From contig JBEKKK010000001.1 of assembly GCA_050010755.1 (NCBI GenBank), positions 576,001 through 640,000 on the forward strand: DNA of 64,000 nt, in the 5' to 3' direction. Shown in pieces: positions 28,781-39,004 of this stretch (position 1 is the first letter of the stretch; the number at the start of each line of letters is the position of its first letter). A model generated the notes under the pieces. It worked only from the letters and a program-made list of their open reading frames with translations, searched no databases and was not told the DNA's origin. Source of the stretch: Candidatus Bathyarchaeia archaeon. GTDB lineage: Archaea > Thermoproteota > Bathyarchaeia > Bathyarchaeales > Bathycorpusculaceae. The translations under genes and the position numbers were made by a program.

Positions 28781-30687
28781 TACAATTGTACGGTTATGCA
28801 GGAACTATTTTGAGAATTAATCTTTCGAACGACAAAATCGTGAAAGAGCCATTGAGCATGGATTTTGCGAGAAAGTACATCGGTGGGTCGGGTTTCAACG
28901 CTAGGGTTCTGTACGATAATGTTGGACCGAATGTAGATCCCTTCAGTCCGGACAATCTCTTTATGGTCGGGATCGGCGCACTCTCTGGAACATTGGCTCC
29001 CTGTTGCTCTAGAGTTACCTTCACAGCTCGGTCACCTCAGACCGGAATTTTCGGAGATGCAAATTCTGGTGGAGATTTTGGCTCTACAGTGAAGTTCGCT
29101 GGCTATGACCAAATAGTGGTAGAAGGAAAAGCAAAGAAACCTGTGTACATTTGGATTGACGATGACAATGTTGAGATAAGAAACGGGGAGCATCTGTGGG
29201 GAAAAGATACGTGGGAGACTGACCAGATAATCAAAGATGAACACGGAGATGAAGAGATTAGAACCGCAATCACAGGACCCGCCGGAGAAAACAAGGTTCT
29301 CATGGCCAGTATAATTGTGCAAAGATACAGAGCGGCTGCAAGAACAGGTTTAGGCGCAGTTATGGGATCAAAGAACTTGAAAGCAATTGCCGTTAGAGGA
29401 ACAAAAGCAGTCCAAATTGCAAAAGTGGATGAATTCGAAAGCTTGGCGAACGAATCCGTTTTGTCTATCATGGGTCATCACTCGTACAAGCGTTTCGCTA
29501 CTTACGGAACCTTGGATCAAATCGCTTCGTACAACGATATGGGGCTCGCGCGTGTGAAGAATGGAACGGAGCATCATCTGGAAAATCTTGAAGACATAAC
29601 GGCAGAAACTCTTGAAAAGAAGTACAAAGTCAGAAGTATGGCTTGTTTCGCGTGTCCCATACATTGCACACATTTTCATTCTATTGAGGAGGGGAAGTTC
29701 GCAGGGACGATGGGAGGCAAACCTGAGCTTACCGCGGCAGAAGCCTTCGGGACAAATGTTGGCAACAGCGATCTAGCTTCCATATGTTACCTTCAAGACT
29801 TGTCGAACAGACTGGCAATCGACATCCATGAGCTTGGAGACGTAATCGGCATGTCTATGGAGTGGTACGAAAAAGGAATTATTACAAAAGAACAAACAGG
29901 CGGAATAGAATTAACATGGGGCAATGTCGACGCCATGATTCAAATCACGGAAAAGATCGCCAATGTTGAAGGTTTCGGCAGAATTCTTGCCAAAGGGGTC
30001 AAAGGTGCTTGTGAAGCGATGAGCCTGACGTATCCTAGACCGGGGCACATAAAGGGTCTTGGAATGACGTACAAAGATCTGAGGGGCGGTAAGAGCTGGG
30101 CTTTGGCATATGCCGTGAACCCGAGAGGGGCTGACCATCTAAAAGGGTATCCTGTCTTCGAGGCAGTAGGAGATCGAGAGACAGCTAAGAAATTCTTCGG
30201 AAGCGAAAACATAGTTGTTCCATATTCGGACGATCCTGCGAAAGGACCGATGGTAAAGTGGCATGAAGACTTTATTCAAGTATTGGCGTCCACTGGATTA
30301 TGTGTACTCGAGTGTCTATTCCTATTTGAAAGCGTTAGCGCAAAAATGATTGCGGGGATGATGTCTGCAGCAACTGGGTGGGACATGTCAGAACAGGAAC
30401 TGCTGAGAGCTGGCGAGAGAAACTATCACTTGATGAAATGCTATAACATGAGGCTGGGATTGACAAGCAAAGATGATACAATCCCTGAGTATTTCCTGAA
30501 AGAACCTGTTTCAGATGGCCCCGCTAAAGGTCAGGTGGTACGACTGGACGTGATGAAAAGGGCTTATTACAAGGCAAGAGGATGGGACGTTAAGAAAGGT
30601 GTCCCCTCTCGAGAGAAATTAGTAGAACTGGATCTTAAGGATGTCGCAGACGACTTGGAAAAACGTGGAGTTTTGCCTAAGTCTTAA
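28777..30687 (+). CDS. aor: Tungsten aldehyde:ferredoxin oxidoreductase family protein
   Basis: RSPQTG, GPAGEN, AARTGLGAVMGSKNLKA, CFACPIHC, RGADH, GLC, YYKARGW. Confidence 0.94.
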   Translation: MIQLYGYAGTILRINLSNDKIVKEPLSMDFARKYIGGSGFNARVLYDNVGPNVDPFSPDNLFMVGIGALSGTLAPCCSRVTFTARSPQTGIFGDANSGGDFGSTVKFAGYDQIVVEGKAKKPVYIWIDDDNVEIRNGEHLWGKDTWETDQIIKDEHGDEEIRTAITGPAGENKVLMASIIVQRYRAAARTGLGAVMGSKNLKAIAVRGTKAVQIAKVDEFESLANESVLSIMGHHSYKRFATYGTLDQIASYNDMGLARVKNGTEHHLENLEDITAETLEKKYKVRSMACFACPIHCTHFHSIEEGKFAGTMGGKPELTAAEAFGTNVGNSDLASICYLQDLSNRLAIDIHELGDVIGMSMEWYEKGIITKEQTGGIELTWGNVDAMIQITEKIANVEGFGRILAKGVKGACEAMSLTYPRPGHIKGLGMTYKDLRGGKSWALAYAVNPRGADHLKGYPVFEAVGDRETAKKFFGSENIVVPYSDDPAKGPMVKWHEDFIQVLASTGLCVLECLFLFESVSAKMIAGMMSAATGWDMSEQELLRAGERNYHLMKCYNMRLGLTSKDDTIPEYFLKEPVSDGPAKGQVVRLDVMKRAYYKARGWDVKKGVPSREKLVELDLKDVADDLEKRGVLPKS

Positions 30688-30714
30688 TAAAAAAGAGCGA
30701 TGACGTGAGAAGAC

Positions 30715-31938
30715 ATGTCGCATATATATGGGCAGTTTGGCGTTGATTGGGAAGAACGCGTGGACTTTCAAAAACTAAGGAAAGAGCGCCTCGTAAGACT
30801 GAAGGAACAGATGAAAGAACAAGAAATCGACGCTATTCTTGCGTTCCGACCCGAAAACATTCGGTATGCCACGTCATACAGACCATTGTGGTGGACAACC
30901 GGGATGGCAGTTACAAGGAATGCCACAATTGTCTCAAGAGATCAAGATCCCATTCTATACGTGGCAAGCGGTGACTGGGCGCGCGCCTCAACCACGATGC
31001 CGTGGCTCAAGAACGAAAATGTCCGGCCCATTGCAGTCTTGGAGGATTTAGAGGTTTTCAAAACAACAGTAAATGAGTTCAAAAAGGAGTTGACCAACTT
31101 AGGTGTCGCAGATGGCAGAATAGGGATAGATGCCACACGGTTCGGACTGACTCAACAACTGCAACAAGCATTGCCGAACGCAGCTTTCGTCGATGGAGAC
31201 GATGTTTTCATAAAAGCGAGGGTCATAAAGACAGTAGAGGAGAGAGAGCTGATGCGAGTATCTTCTGCCATCGCATCCTTTGCTATGGAAAGCACTATAA
31301 ATCTAATACAGTCTGGGAAAAGAGAATGTGAACTGCTGGGCGAAGCAATGCGGATTCTCTATTCCTTTGGAATGGAAGTCCCCCAATGCAACTTGATCAT
31401 CGCCTCTGGGAATCACACCATGCCGCTCTACAGGTTTGCGTCCGACAAGCCGATAAGAAGAGGGGAATTAGTGTTATTAGATCTTGGCGGATGCTTCAAT
31501 GGATACTTTTCAGACCAGACCCGCACTGTCATTCACGGAAACCCAACTGAAAAGCAAAAAGATATCTACAGAACAGTGTTCGATTCAATACAAACCATCA
31601 TGAAAGTCATGAAGCCAGAGGCACTAAACACAGACGTTAACAAAGCGGTGAGAGACATTATGAAGGAGCACGGTTTCGAAAAAGAAGCATACTTCGGCGT
31701 ACTTGGCCACAGTATAGGCATAGCGGGTTTAGAGGCGCCATTCATTGGTGAACGTGTACTGACCGGCGACCAGAAATTCGTGCAGTTCAAACTCAAAGCT
31801 GGAATGATATTCTCCATGGAGCCTACTGTCGCTGCGCAAGGCGTCGGAGGAGTACGTTTGGAAGACACTATCATGATAACCGAATCGGGCAACGAGGTTC
31901 TCTCCACAGCTCCATATGATGAGAAACTCTTGAGGTGA
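30715..31938 (+). CDS. M24 pita-bread metallohydrolase (atypical Xaa-Pro peptidase/DddP-like)
   Basis: Creatinase-like N-domain; metal ligands LLD, SD, GH, EP, LED. Confidence 0.85.
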   Translation: MSHIYGQFGVDWEERVDFQKLRKERLVRLKEQMKEQEIDAILAFRPENIRYATSYRPLWWTTGMAVTRNATIVSRDQDPILYVASGDWARASTTMPWLKNENVRPIAVLEDLEVFKTTVNEFKKELTNLGVADGRIGIDATRFGLTQQLQQALPNAAFVDGDDVFIKARVIKTVEERELMRVSSAIASFAMESTINLIQSGKRECELLGEAMRILYSFGMEVPQCNLIIASGNHTMPLYRFASDKPIRRGELVLLDLGGCFNGYFSDQTRTVIHGNPTEKQKDIYRTVFDSIQTIMKVMKPEALNTDVNKAVRDIMKEHGFEKEAYFGVLGHSIGIAGLEAPFIGERVLTGDQKFVQFKLKAGMIFSMEPTVAAQGVGGVRLEDTIMITESGNEVLSTAPYDEKLLR

Positions 31939-31942
31939 TATC

Positions 31943-32503
31943 ATGAAGGAGATTAGAATTCATGGAAGAGGAGGTCAGGGAGCGGCCACGGCAGGGGAGA
32001 TACTTGCCTTAGCAGCATTCTATGAAGGAAAGTATGCGCAGTCCTTTCCTTACTTTGGACCAGAAAGGCGCGGCGCTCCAGTTGTTGCGTTTACAAGAAT
32101 TGATGATGTGCCAATACGCCTTAGGACTGAGATCCATCATCCAAGCTGTGTTGTCGTTCTCGACCCCAAGCTCATTAAATCAGTCAATGTTACGGAAGGT
32201 CTAGTCGAGGGCGGCATACTAATTCTCAACTCAGTGACGAAGCCTTCTGAAATGACAATTCAAGGCAAGCCGTCCAAAATAGCTGTGGTGGACGCGACAG
32301 GGATTGCTTTGAAGACGATTGGCAATCCAATCACGAACATGGCAATGCTGGGAGCTTTCTCGGTCGGCACCGGCTGGGTCGGGATTAAAGCAGTACGCGA
32401 AGCGATAACAAATCGATTCTCTAAGGATGCCGCGGAGAAGAACATCAAGGCGGCTGATCTCGCTTTCGAAGAGACAACGGTATTGGAATTGAAGGTGCTT
32501 TAA
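31943..32503 (+). CDS. porC: 2-oxoacid:ferredoxin oxidoreductase gamma subunit
   Basis: EIRIHGRGGQG, FGPERRGAP, NMAMLGA. Confidence 0.93.
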   Translation: MKEIRIHGRGGQGAATAGEILALAAFYEGKYAQSFPYFGPERRGAPVVAFTRIDDVPIRLRTEIHHPSCVVVLDPKLIKSVNVTEGLVEGGILILNSVTKPSEMTIQGKPSKIAVVDATGIALKTIGNPITNMAMLGAFSVGTGWVGIKAVREAITNRFSKDAAEKNIKAADLAFEETTVLELKVL

Positions 32504-32504
32504 A

Positions 32505-32759
32505 TTGAAGAAACTTCCACTTGTTCCTATTGGAACCGAAATCGAGAGCGCAGAAACCGGTAGTTGGAGAACATTCAAGCCGGTTGTCAAGAAGGAGACT
32601 TGCAACAAATGTGGTCTCTGCGTGATGTTTTGTCCTGACGGAGTAATTCTTAAGACAAAAGATGGGATTGAAATTGACTACGTATTTTGTAAGGGCTGCG
32701 GAATATGCGCGAGAGAATGTCCAAGTAAAGCCCTCGAGATGATTCTGGAAGAAGAGTAA
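32505..32759 (+). CDS. porD: 2-oxoacid:ferredoxin oxidoreductase delta subunit
   Basis: TGSWRTFKP, two CxxCxxCxxxCP. Confidence 0.93.
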   Translation: MKKLPLVPIGTEIESAETGSWRTFKPVVKKETCNKCGLCVMFCPDGVILKTKDGIEIDYVFCKGCGICARECPSKALEMILEEE

Positions 32760-32774
32760 GTAAGAGGTTATCTC

Positions 32775-34895
32775 ATGCCTAAAAAAGATTTGATCTCTGG
32801 AAACTTGGCTGCTGCACACGGAGCAAGACTCTCTAGACCAAGAGTAATAGCTGCCTATCCGATCAGCCCATCGACGACAATCGTAGAACATCTTGCGAGC
32901 TTTATCAACCGTGGGGAACTAGAAGCAGAGTATATCCCTGTTGAATCGGAACATAGTGCGATGGGTGCCTGCATTGGTGCGTCTTTAAGCGGCGTCAGGG
33001 TCTTCACGGCCACGGCCTCACAAGGCCTCGCCTATATGCACGAGTTTGTTTATCACGCTCATGGATATCACTTGCCAATTGTTATGGCCATCGCAAACAG
33101 GACTTTGTCAACGCCCTGGGCTACAACGTGCGACTATTCTGACACAATGGCAGAAAACACTTCTGGTTGGTTGCAACTGTTCGCAGAAAATGCCCAAGAA
33201 GTCTTGGATACAATAATTCAAGCATACAAGATTGCTGAGGACAAGAGAGTACTATTGCCAACAATGGTCTGCATGGACGGCTTCCTCGTCTCCCATACCG
33301 CTGAAAATGTGGAGATTCCGGATCAAGAAGTCGTCGACAATTTCCTGCCTGCTTATTCCCCTGAACACTTCATACTTGATCCCGACAACAGAATGGCCGC
33401 TATTGTTCCTCCTCGTCCCTGGGTCATTTCATTTGAGCATCAGACCGATGATTGCATGAACAATGCCAAGGACGTGATTAAGGAAGTCGGCAGTGAATAC
33501 GGGAAAATATTCGGTAGAGAATATGGTCTGATAGACAAGTACAGATGCGACAATGCAGAACTTTTGTTGATGACAATGGGTTCCATGACCGGTACAGCCA
33601 GAGTTGCCGTAGACGAGCTCCGAAGAGAAGGCCTGCAGGCGGGTTTGGTTAGGCTTCGATCTTACAGGCCCTTTCCAGATGAAGAACTGAGAGAAGCATG
33701 CAAAGACGTGAGAGCCGTTGCCGTTGTTGATCGTGATGTAACCCACGGCATCGGGGGACGCGGCGGGGCATTCTTCACAGAACTCAAGTCTTGCTTGTAC
33801 AATCTGGACAGCAAACCTCATTTGACAAACTTCATCGCGGGACTAGCCGGTCGAGAGATAACTATTGAGAACTTCAAATTCATGGCTAGTAAAACGCTTG
33901 AAAGTGTGAAGAAAGGACTGGGAGAATCTGTAGAATGGCTAGATGAGGTTCAAATACCGGTCACCAAGTCAGCACCACTTGAGAAGTATGCAGACCGTAT
34001 AGTTCTCCCGGGAGTGCGAGCATGTGCAGGTTGCGGCATGCTGTTGACTGCTCGCCACGTATTTCAGACCCTAGGAAAGGATACAGTTTTCACATTCATT
34101 CCAGGCTGTGCAGGTGTCACGATGCAAAGTGCCCTAGCTCTGAAACCATTAGTGAGACTGCCTTTTGCTGAAGTCGTCTTCGCTGGCACAGCAGCAGTGG
34201 CTACAGGTCTGAGAGAAGGCCTGAAGATCCGTGGCAAATCACACGTAAACGTGGTTGGACTCGCGGGTGACGGAGGAACAGTGGACATTGGCCTGCAGGC
34301 CCTTTCAGCCGCGGCTGAACGAGGAGAGTCGATAATCTACATTTGCTACGACAACGAAGCTTACATGAACACGGGAATTCAAAAGAGTGGAAGCACTCCG
34401 TTTGGCGCCTGGACCACGACTACTCCACGTGGAGCAAGAAGGAAAAAGAAGACGTTCAAGAAAGACATGGCCGCTCTTATGGCGATGCACAGAATTCCAT
34501 ACGTGGCAACAGCGTCGATAGCCTACATCCCAGATCTCGAAAAGAAGGTCAGGAAGGCCGCGAGAATAGTTGCGGAGGACAAGGGTCTTGCTTACTTGCA
34601 CGTACATGCCCCTTGCCCGACAGGCTGGAGGTTCCCAACGTCGGAAACGGTGAATGTGGCAAGACTGGCTGTTCGAAGCGGTATGTGGATTCTCTATGAA
34701 GTCGAAGAAGGCAAAATGAAGCTCAACCTGAAACAAGAAAAAAGAACACCCGTACGTGAATATCTAAAGGTTCAGGGGAGATTCGATGGCTTATCAGACC
34801 AAGAAATCCAAGAAATCCAGCAAGAAGTGGACCAAAACTGGAGTTCGCTCTCCTCTGATCAGAAGCCCTCTTCAACTCAGACAATTGAACCTTAA
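32775..34895 (+). CDS. porAB: 2-oxoacid:ferredoxin oxidoreductase, fused alpha-beta subunit
   Basis: Alpha part YPISP, ESEH, TASQG; beta part CAGCG, GDG..NEAYMNTG, CPTGW in one ORF. Confidence 0.9.
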   Translation: MPKKDLISGNLAAAHGARLSRPRVIAAYPISPSTTIVEHLASFINRGELEAEYIPVESEHSAMGACIGASLSGVRVFTATASQGLAYMHEFVYHAHGYHLPIVMAIANRTLSTPWATTCDYSDTMAENTSGWLQLFAENAQEVLDTIIQAYKIAEDKRVLLPTMVCMDGFLVSHTAENVEIPDQEVVDNFLPAYSPEHFILDPDNRMAAIVPPRPWVISFEHQTDDCMNNAKDVIKEVGSEYGKIFGREYGLIDKYRCDNAELLLMTMGSMTGTARVAVDELRREGLQAGLVRLRSYRPFPDEELREACKDVRAVAVVDRDVTHGIGGRGGAFFTELKSCLYNLDSKPHLTNFIAGLAGREITIENFKFMASKTLESVKKGLGESVEWLDEVQIPVTKSAPLEKYADRIVLPGVRACAGCGMLLTARHVFQTLGKDTVFTFIPGCAGVTMQSALALKPLVRLPFAEVVFAGTAAVATGLREGLKIRGKSHVNVVGLAGDGGTVDIGLQALSAAAERGESIIYICYDNEAYMNTGIQKSGSTPFGAWTTTTPRGARRKKKTFKKDMAALMAMHRIPYVATASIAYIPDLEKKVRKAARIVAEDKGLAYLHVHAPCPTGWRFPTSETVNVARLAVRSGMWILYEVEEGKMKLNLKQEKRTPVREYLKVQGRFDGLSDQEIQEIQQEVDQNWSSLSSDQKPSSTQTIEP

Positions 34896-35066
34896 AGCAA
34901 AATATATTACATCTGACTCTGGGTTGGAGTCGCAAACCGCATTTTCTTGCGTAGGATGCTTGCGATCCACCTTCAGTTAACAGGTGTATGTTCTATATGA
35001 GCTTGAAAACCTTGATCAAGGTTTGTTAAAGTTTATTAATCTCAATGTTTAAAGGACTTTGAAATA

Positions 35067-36266
35067 ATGGTGATGCCTTTGGAAGAAAAGTGGTGGGTTA
35101 GTCCATTTAACTCAATTGATGAAGTTAGACACGGTATGAATCTGCCCAAGAAGGTGAGCTTTTATGATGTGACTCTGAGGGATGGAGAGCAAACTCCTGG
35201 AGTTGTTTTCAAAAAGGAAGAAAAAGTGCAAATAGCTAGAGCATTGGACGAACTTGGTGTACAAAGGATCGAGGCAGGCATGCCTGTCGTCTCTCCAGAA
35301 GACAAAGCTGCCGTTAAAGCTATAGCGAACCTAGGGTTGAGTGCCGAGGTCTGGGGTTTCTGTAGATGCATCAAAACAGACGTCGATGCCTGTCTGGAGG
35401 CAGACGTCGATGCGGTAGTATGTGAAATCGCGACCAGTGAGCTGAAATTCAAGGCTTACGGCATGGACAGAGAAAAAGCTGTGACGCGTGCTGTAGAGAC
35501 CCTTAAGTACGCTAAGGATCATGGGCTTCACACAGCATTCTTTTCTGTGGATTTGACAAGGGCTGATTTGGATTTCCTGAAGACAATCAACACTGCGGCT
35601 GTGAAAGAAGGAAAAGCGGATGAGCTCATAGTTGTGGATACTCTTGGAGTGGCCCTTCCAGAGGCGATGTACTACCTGACCAAGAAATTCAAAGAATGGT
35701 TCAAAGTTCCGATTCATATCCACTGCCACAACGATTTTGGGCTCAGCACAGCATGTGAACTAGCAGCAATAAGAGCAGGCGCCGAGTGGGCCCATGTAAC
35801 AATAAATGGTCTAGGTGAGAAAGCAGGTAACACTGACCTCAGCGAACTTGCGTTGTCGCTATATCTTCTATACGGAATTGACGTTGGATTGAAGTATGAA
35901 AAGCTTGTCCAGACTTCGAAGCTTGTCGAAAGAATATCAGGGGTTAAAATGCCACCCTTCAAGCCCGTCGTCGGCGAGAACGTGTTCAAGAGAGAATCAG
36001 GGGTCACTGTAATGCAACTGATAAGCTATCCACCAGCTGTTGAAAGCTTCGTTCCTGAACTCGTTGGCGGCAAAAGGGAAATAGTCTTGGGAAAGAAGAG
36101 TGGAAGACACTCTATAGAGTGGAAACTGAAGAATCTCGGAATAACCGTACCTGAAGAACAAGTTGAACCAATACTAGGCAAAGTGAAAGCTTTAGGAGAG
36201 AGCAAAAAGGGACTAGTCTCCGATGAAGAATTCAAATCTATCGTCAACGAAATACGTGGGAAGTAG
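35067..36266 (+). CDS. LeuA/homocitrate-synthase family (DRE-TIM) acyl-CoA condensing enzyme
   Basis: DVTLRDGEQ, HIHCHNDFG, NGLGEKAGN, LGKKSG; no LeuA regulatory domain. Confidence 0.88.
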   Translation: MVMPLEEKWWVSPFNSIDEVRHGMNLPKKVSFYDVTLRDGEQTPGVVFKKEEKVQIARALDELGVQRIEAGMPVVSPEDKAAVKAIANLGLSAEVWGFCRCIKTDVDACLEADVDAVVCEIATSELKFKAYGMDREKAVTRAVETLKYAKDHGLHTAFFSVDLTRADLDFLKTINTAAVKEGKADELIVVDTLGVALPEAMYYLTKKFKEWFKVPIHIHCHNDFGLSTACELAAIRAGAEWAHVTINGLGEKAGNTDLSELALSLYLLYGIDVGLKYEKLVQTSKLVERISGVKMPPFKPVVGENVFKRESGVTVMQLISYPPAVESFVPELVGGKREIVLGKKSGRHSIEWKLKNLGITVPEEQVEPILGKVKALGESKKGLVSDEEFKSIVNEIRGK

Positions 36267-36314
36267 TTTCCAAAGACTCACTCTCTTTTTTCCCTAATGT
36301 TAGGAGAATGGAAA

Positions 36315-37283
36315 ATGAAGATATTGTTGACTGAGCCGCTAATTGAACCAGTGGACAATGCTGGTCTTGACATCCTAAGAAAAGTTGGTACAGTGATCAT
36401 AGCATCGGGTACATCTGAGGAAAGTCTCATCAAAGAGGCAAAAGACGCAGACGCGATAGTTGTTCGCTTAGCAAAGATCACAGGAAGAATCATTGAGAAC
36501 ACTGACAGGCTGAAGGTGATAGCAAGGACTGGAGTCGGCGTAGATAACATAGACGTTGCGGCGGCAACCAAAAAACGGGTAATGGTCGTCAATCTGCCTG
36601 TCATGAACACCGATTCAGTGGCAGAGCACGCTCTCTGCTTGATTCTGGCAATGGCGAAGAACCTAATAGAATTCGACAGAGAAGTCAGGAAAGGAAATTG
36701 GGGCATAAGAGACAGGCTTCTTCCCAAAAACATTGACTTGATAGACAAGACACTTGGCATAGTTGGCTTGGGAACGATAGGCATAGCGGTTGCTCGAAAG
36801 GCAAAAGGCCTCAACATGCGTGTCCTGTATCAGAGTAGAAGAAGAAAGGCTGATTTGGAAAAGGAGCTCGGAATTGAATACACTGATCTTCCAACTCTAT
36901 TGAAGGAAGCAGATTTCATAACGGTGCACATCGCTCTTTCAAAAGAGACAGAGCGCATGTTCGGTGAAAAAGAATTTAAAACAATGAAGAAAACCGCATA
37001 CTTCATCAACACGTCTCGCGGTGGCGTGGTGGATCAAAAAGCTTTGTACTCAGCATTAGAAGATGGAAGAATAGCCGGGGCAGCCTTGGACGTCTTTGAA
37101 GAAGAGCCGATTAAAGCAACCGACCCTATCCTCAAACTGCAGAATTTGATTGTGACACCGCATGTTGCAGGTCACACAAGAGACTCCAGAATCAAAATGA
37201 TAGTAGTATTGGCAGAAGATGTTGTCAGAGCACTCAATGGCAAAACACCTGTCAACTTGGTCAACAAAGACGTGCTCCGCTAG
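36315..37283 (+). CDS. D-2-hydroxyacid dehydrogenase (SerA/GyaR-like, no ACT domain)
   Basis: GVGVDNID, GLGTIG, INTSRG, DVFEEEP, TPHVAG. Confidence 0.92.
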   Translation: MKILLTEPLIEPVDNAGLDILRKVGTVIIASGTSEESLIKEAKDADAIVVRLAKITGRIIENTDRLKVIARTGVGVDNIDVAAATKKRVMVVNLPVMNTDSVAEHALCLILAMAKNLIEFDREVRKGNWGIRDRLLPKNIDLIDKTLGIVGLGTIGIAVARKAKGLNMRVLYQSRRRKADLEKELGIEYTDLPTLLKEADFITVHIALSKETERMFGEKEFKTMKKTAYFINTSRGGVVDQKALYSALEDGRIAGAALDVFEEEPIKATDPILKLQNLIVTPHVAGHTRDSRIKMIVVLAEDVVRALNGKTPVNLVNKDVLR

Positions 37284-37292
37284 AGACGAATC

Positions 37293-38699
37293 TCAGAATA
37301 CCCTTTGTTTGCTTCTATATTTTTGATATTCAACCAAAGCCGCAATCGCTCTTGAGGCTTTCCCCGGCGTTAGGAAAACAGGTACGCCCTCAGCCTCGAG
37401 TTTTCTCAGTACCTCGAATTCACATTTGCTGGCTACCGAAACCATAACGATGGGTTTCCCGTATTCCTTCAACTTGATGAATTCTTCGACAGCCGCCAGT
37501 TCGACCGAAACCATATCTGTTCTCCAGCCAAAGCCCATCGAAATCACCGAGTCTATTATCTTATCTCGGAGTACTATTTCTGTACACTTTACTAGGCGCA
37601 TTGGATCAAAGGGGGGTGTAAGATCTACGGGGTTGTTAACAGGGGCATAGGGCGGCAGGATGGCCTTCAACTGGGCGATTGTGTCTTTGGAGAATATTGG
37701 AACATTCAACTCCCGCTTTGTGCAGGCATCTACTGCGACGACTCCCATTCCACCGCCTGCCCCAGTCACTATTCCGACATTGCTTCCTTTAGGGAGAGGT
37801 TGAGTTTCAAATGTCATAGAAACATCGAAAAGTTCGTCAACATCTTCAACTTTCACTATACCAGTCTGTTTACAGACTGCATCGAAGATAACGTTCGAGC
37901 CTGAGAGAACACCAGTGTGGGATGACACGGCCCTGCTCCCAGCCTCTGTTTGTCCGCCCTTCATCAGAACAATAGGCTTCGTCATTGTTGTTCTCCTAGC
38001 TGCCTCCAGGAATAGCTTTCCTTTCTTTACTCCTTCAACGTACATCATGACGACTCTGGTATCTTTATCCAAGCTGACGTATTCAAGATAATCAGTGGAG
38101 CCGAGGTCGGCTTCATTGCCAGAACTGCAAAACACCTGGAATCCTACGCCCCGTTCAGCGCCCCAACGGAACATCGTATTGGCTCCGATAGCGCCACTTT
38201 GGGAAATGAACGAGATGCCTCCTTTTTTGGGAGATTTTGGTGCGAATGTCAGATCCAAGTTTGCTGATGCGTTGAATATCCCCTCGCAATTTGGTCCCAC
38301 AAACCGTAATCCTCCTTTTTCTGCTATCTCAGCCATTTTCTCCTGCAACTCTCTTCCTTTTGCGCCGGTCTCTGCAAAACCAGATGTGATTACTACAGCC
38401 CCCTTAATTTCCTTCTCAACACACTCTTTCATGGCTTGTAAGACAGCTAGCGCTGGGACAACGATTACTGCTAGGTCAATTTTATCTGGGACCTCGGCAA
38501 CTCTTGAGTAGGCGCGGAAGCTCATTATTTCCCTGATGTGGGGGTTAATTGGAAATAGCTTGCCGGGGAACTTTCTGTTTATCAAGTTACTCAATATTCT
38601 GTTTCCAAGCTTCTTTGATTCCGCGGAAGCACCAATTATTGCGATAGACTTTGGATTGAATATGCAATCGAGTTCTTTTGTCAGAGAAGATTCTTGCAT
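37293..38699 (-). CDS. acdA: ADP-forming acyl-CoA synthetase alpha subunit
   Basis: PKSIAIIGAS, GPNC, SQSG, GNEAD, SHTG, NPVD; likely start MQESS. Confidence 0.92.
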   Translation of the reverse strand: MQESSLTKELDCIFNPKSIAIIGASAESKKLGNRILSNLINRKFPGKLFPINPHIREIMSFRAYSRVAEVPDKIDLAVIVVPALAVLQAMKECVEKEIKGAVVITSGFAETGAKGRELQEKMAEIAEKGGLRFVGPNCEGIFNASANLDLTFAPKSPKKGGISFISQSGAIGANTMFRWGAERGVGFQVFCSSGNEADLGSTDYLEYVSLDKDTRVVMMYVEGVKKGKLFLEAARRTTMTKPIVLMKGGQTEAGSRAVSSHTGVLSGSNVIFDAVCKQTGIVKVEDVDELFDVSMTFETQPLPKGSNVGIVTGAGGGMGVVAVDACTKRELNVPIFSKDTIAQLKAILPPYAPVNNPVDLTPPFDPMRLVKCTEIVLRDKIIDSVISMGFGWRTDMVSVELAAVEEFIKLKEYGKPIVMVSVASKCEFEVLRKLEAEGVPVFLTPGKASRAIAALVEYQKYRSKQRVF

Positions 38700-39004
38700 T
38701 TCGAACCAACTCGCACGATACTTAGCATCGCAAGAAACTCCTTTAAGGTTTTCTTTGGTATCACATGTTCTGAGCGAATGCACGGTATGTGAAGTTACGA
38801 GAAAAATAGTCTGGGCAATCGGCAATCGAAAATTTGCTTGTACCCTCAGAGATAGTTCAAGCCTTTTGCTATCGAGAATCTCTTTGCATGCACGAACCCC
38901 ATATCGAACAGGAAAAATGCTGATGCATCATCAGCGCGAGTTTGGAATACAAGTAAGTTTAAGAACGGGTTTTAGTACTAGAACAAAGGGATTGAGGGTT
39001 ACAT

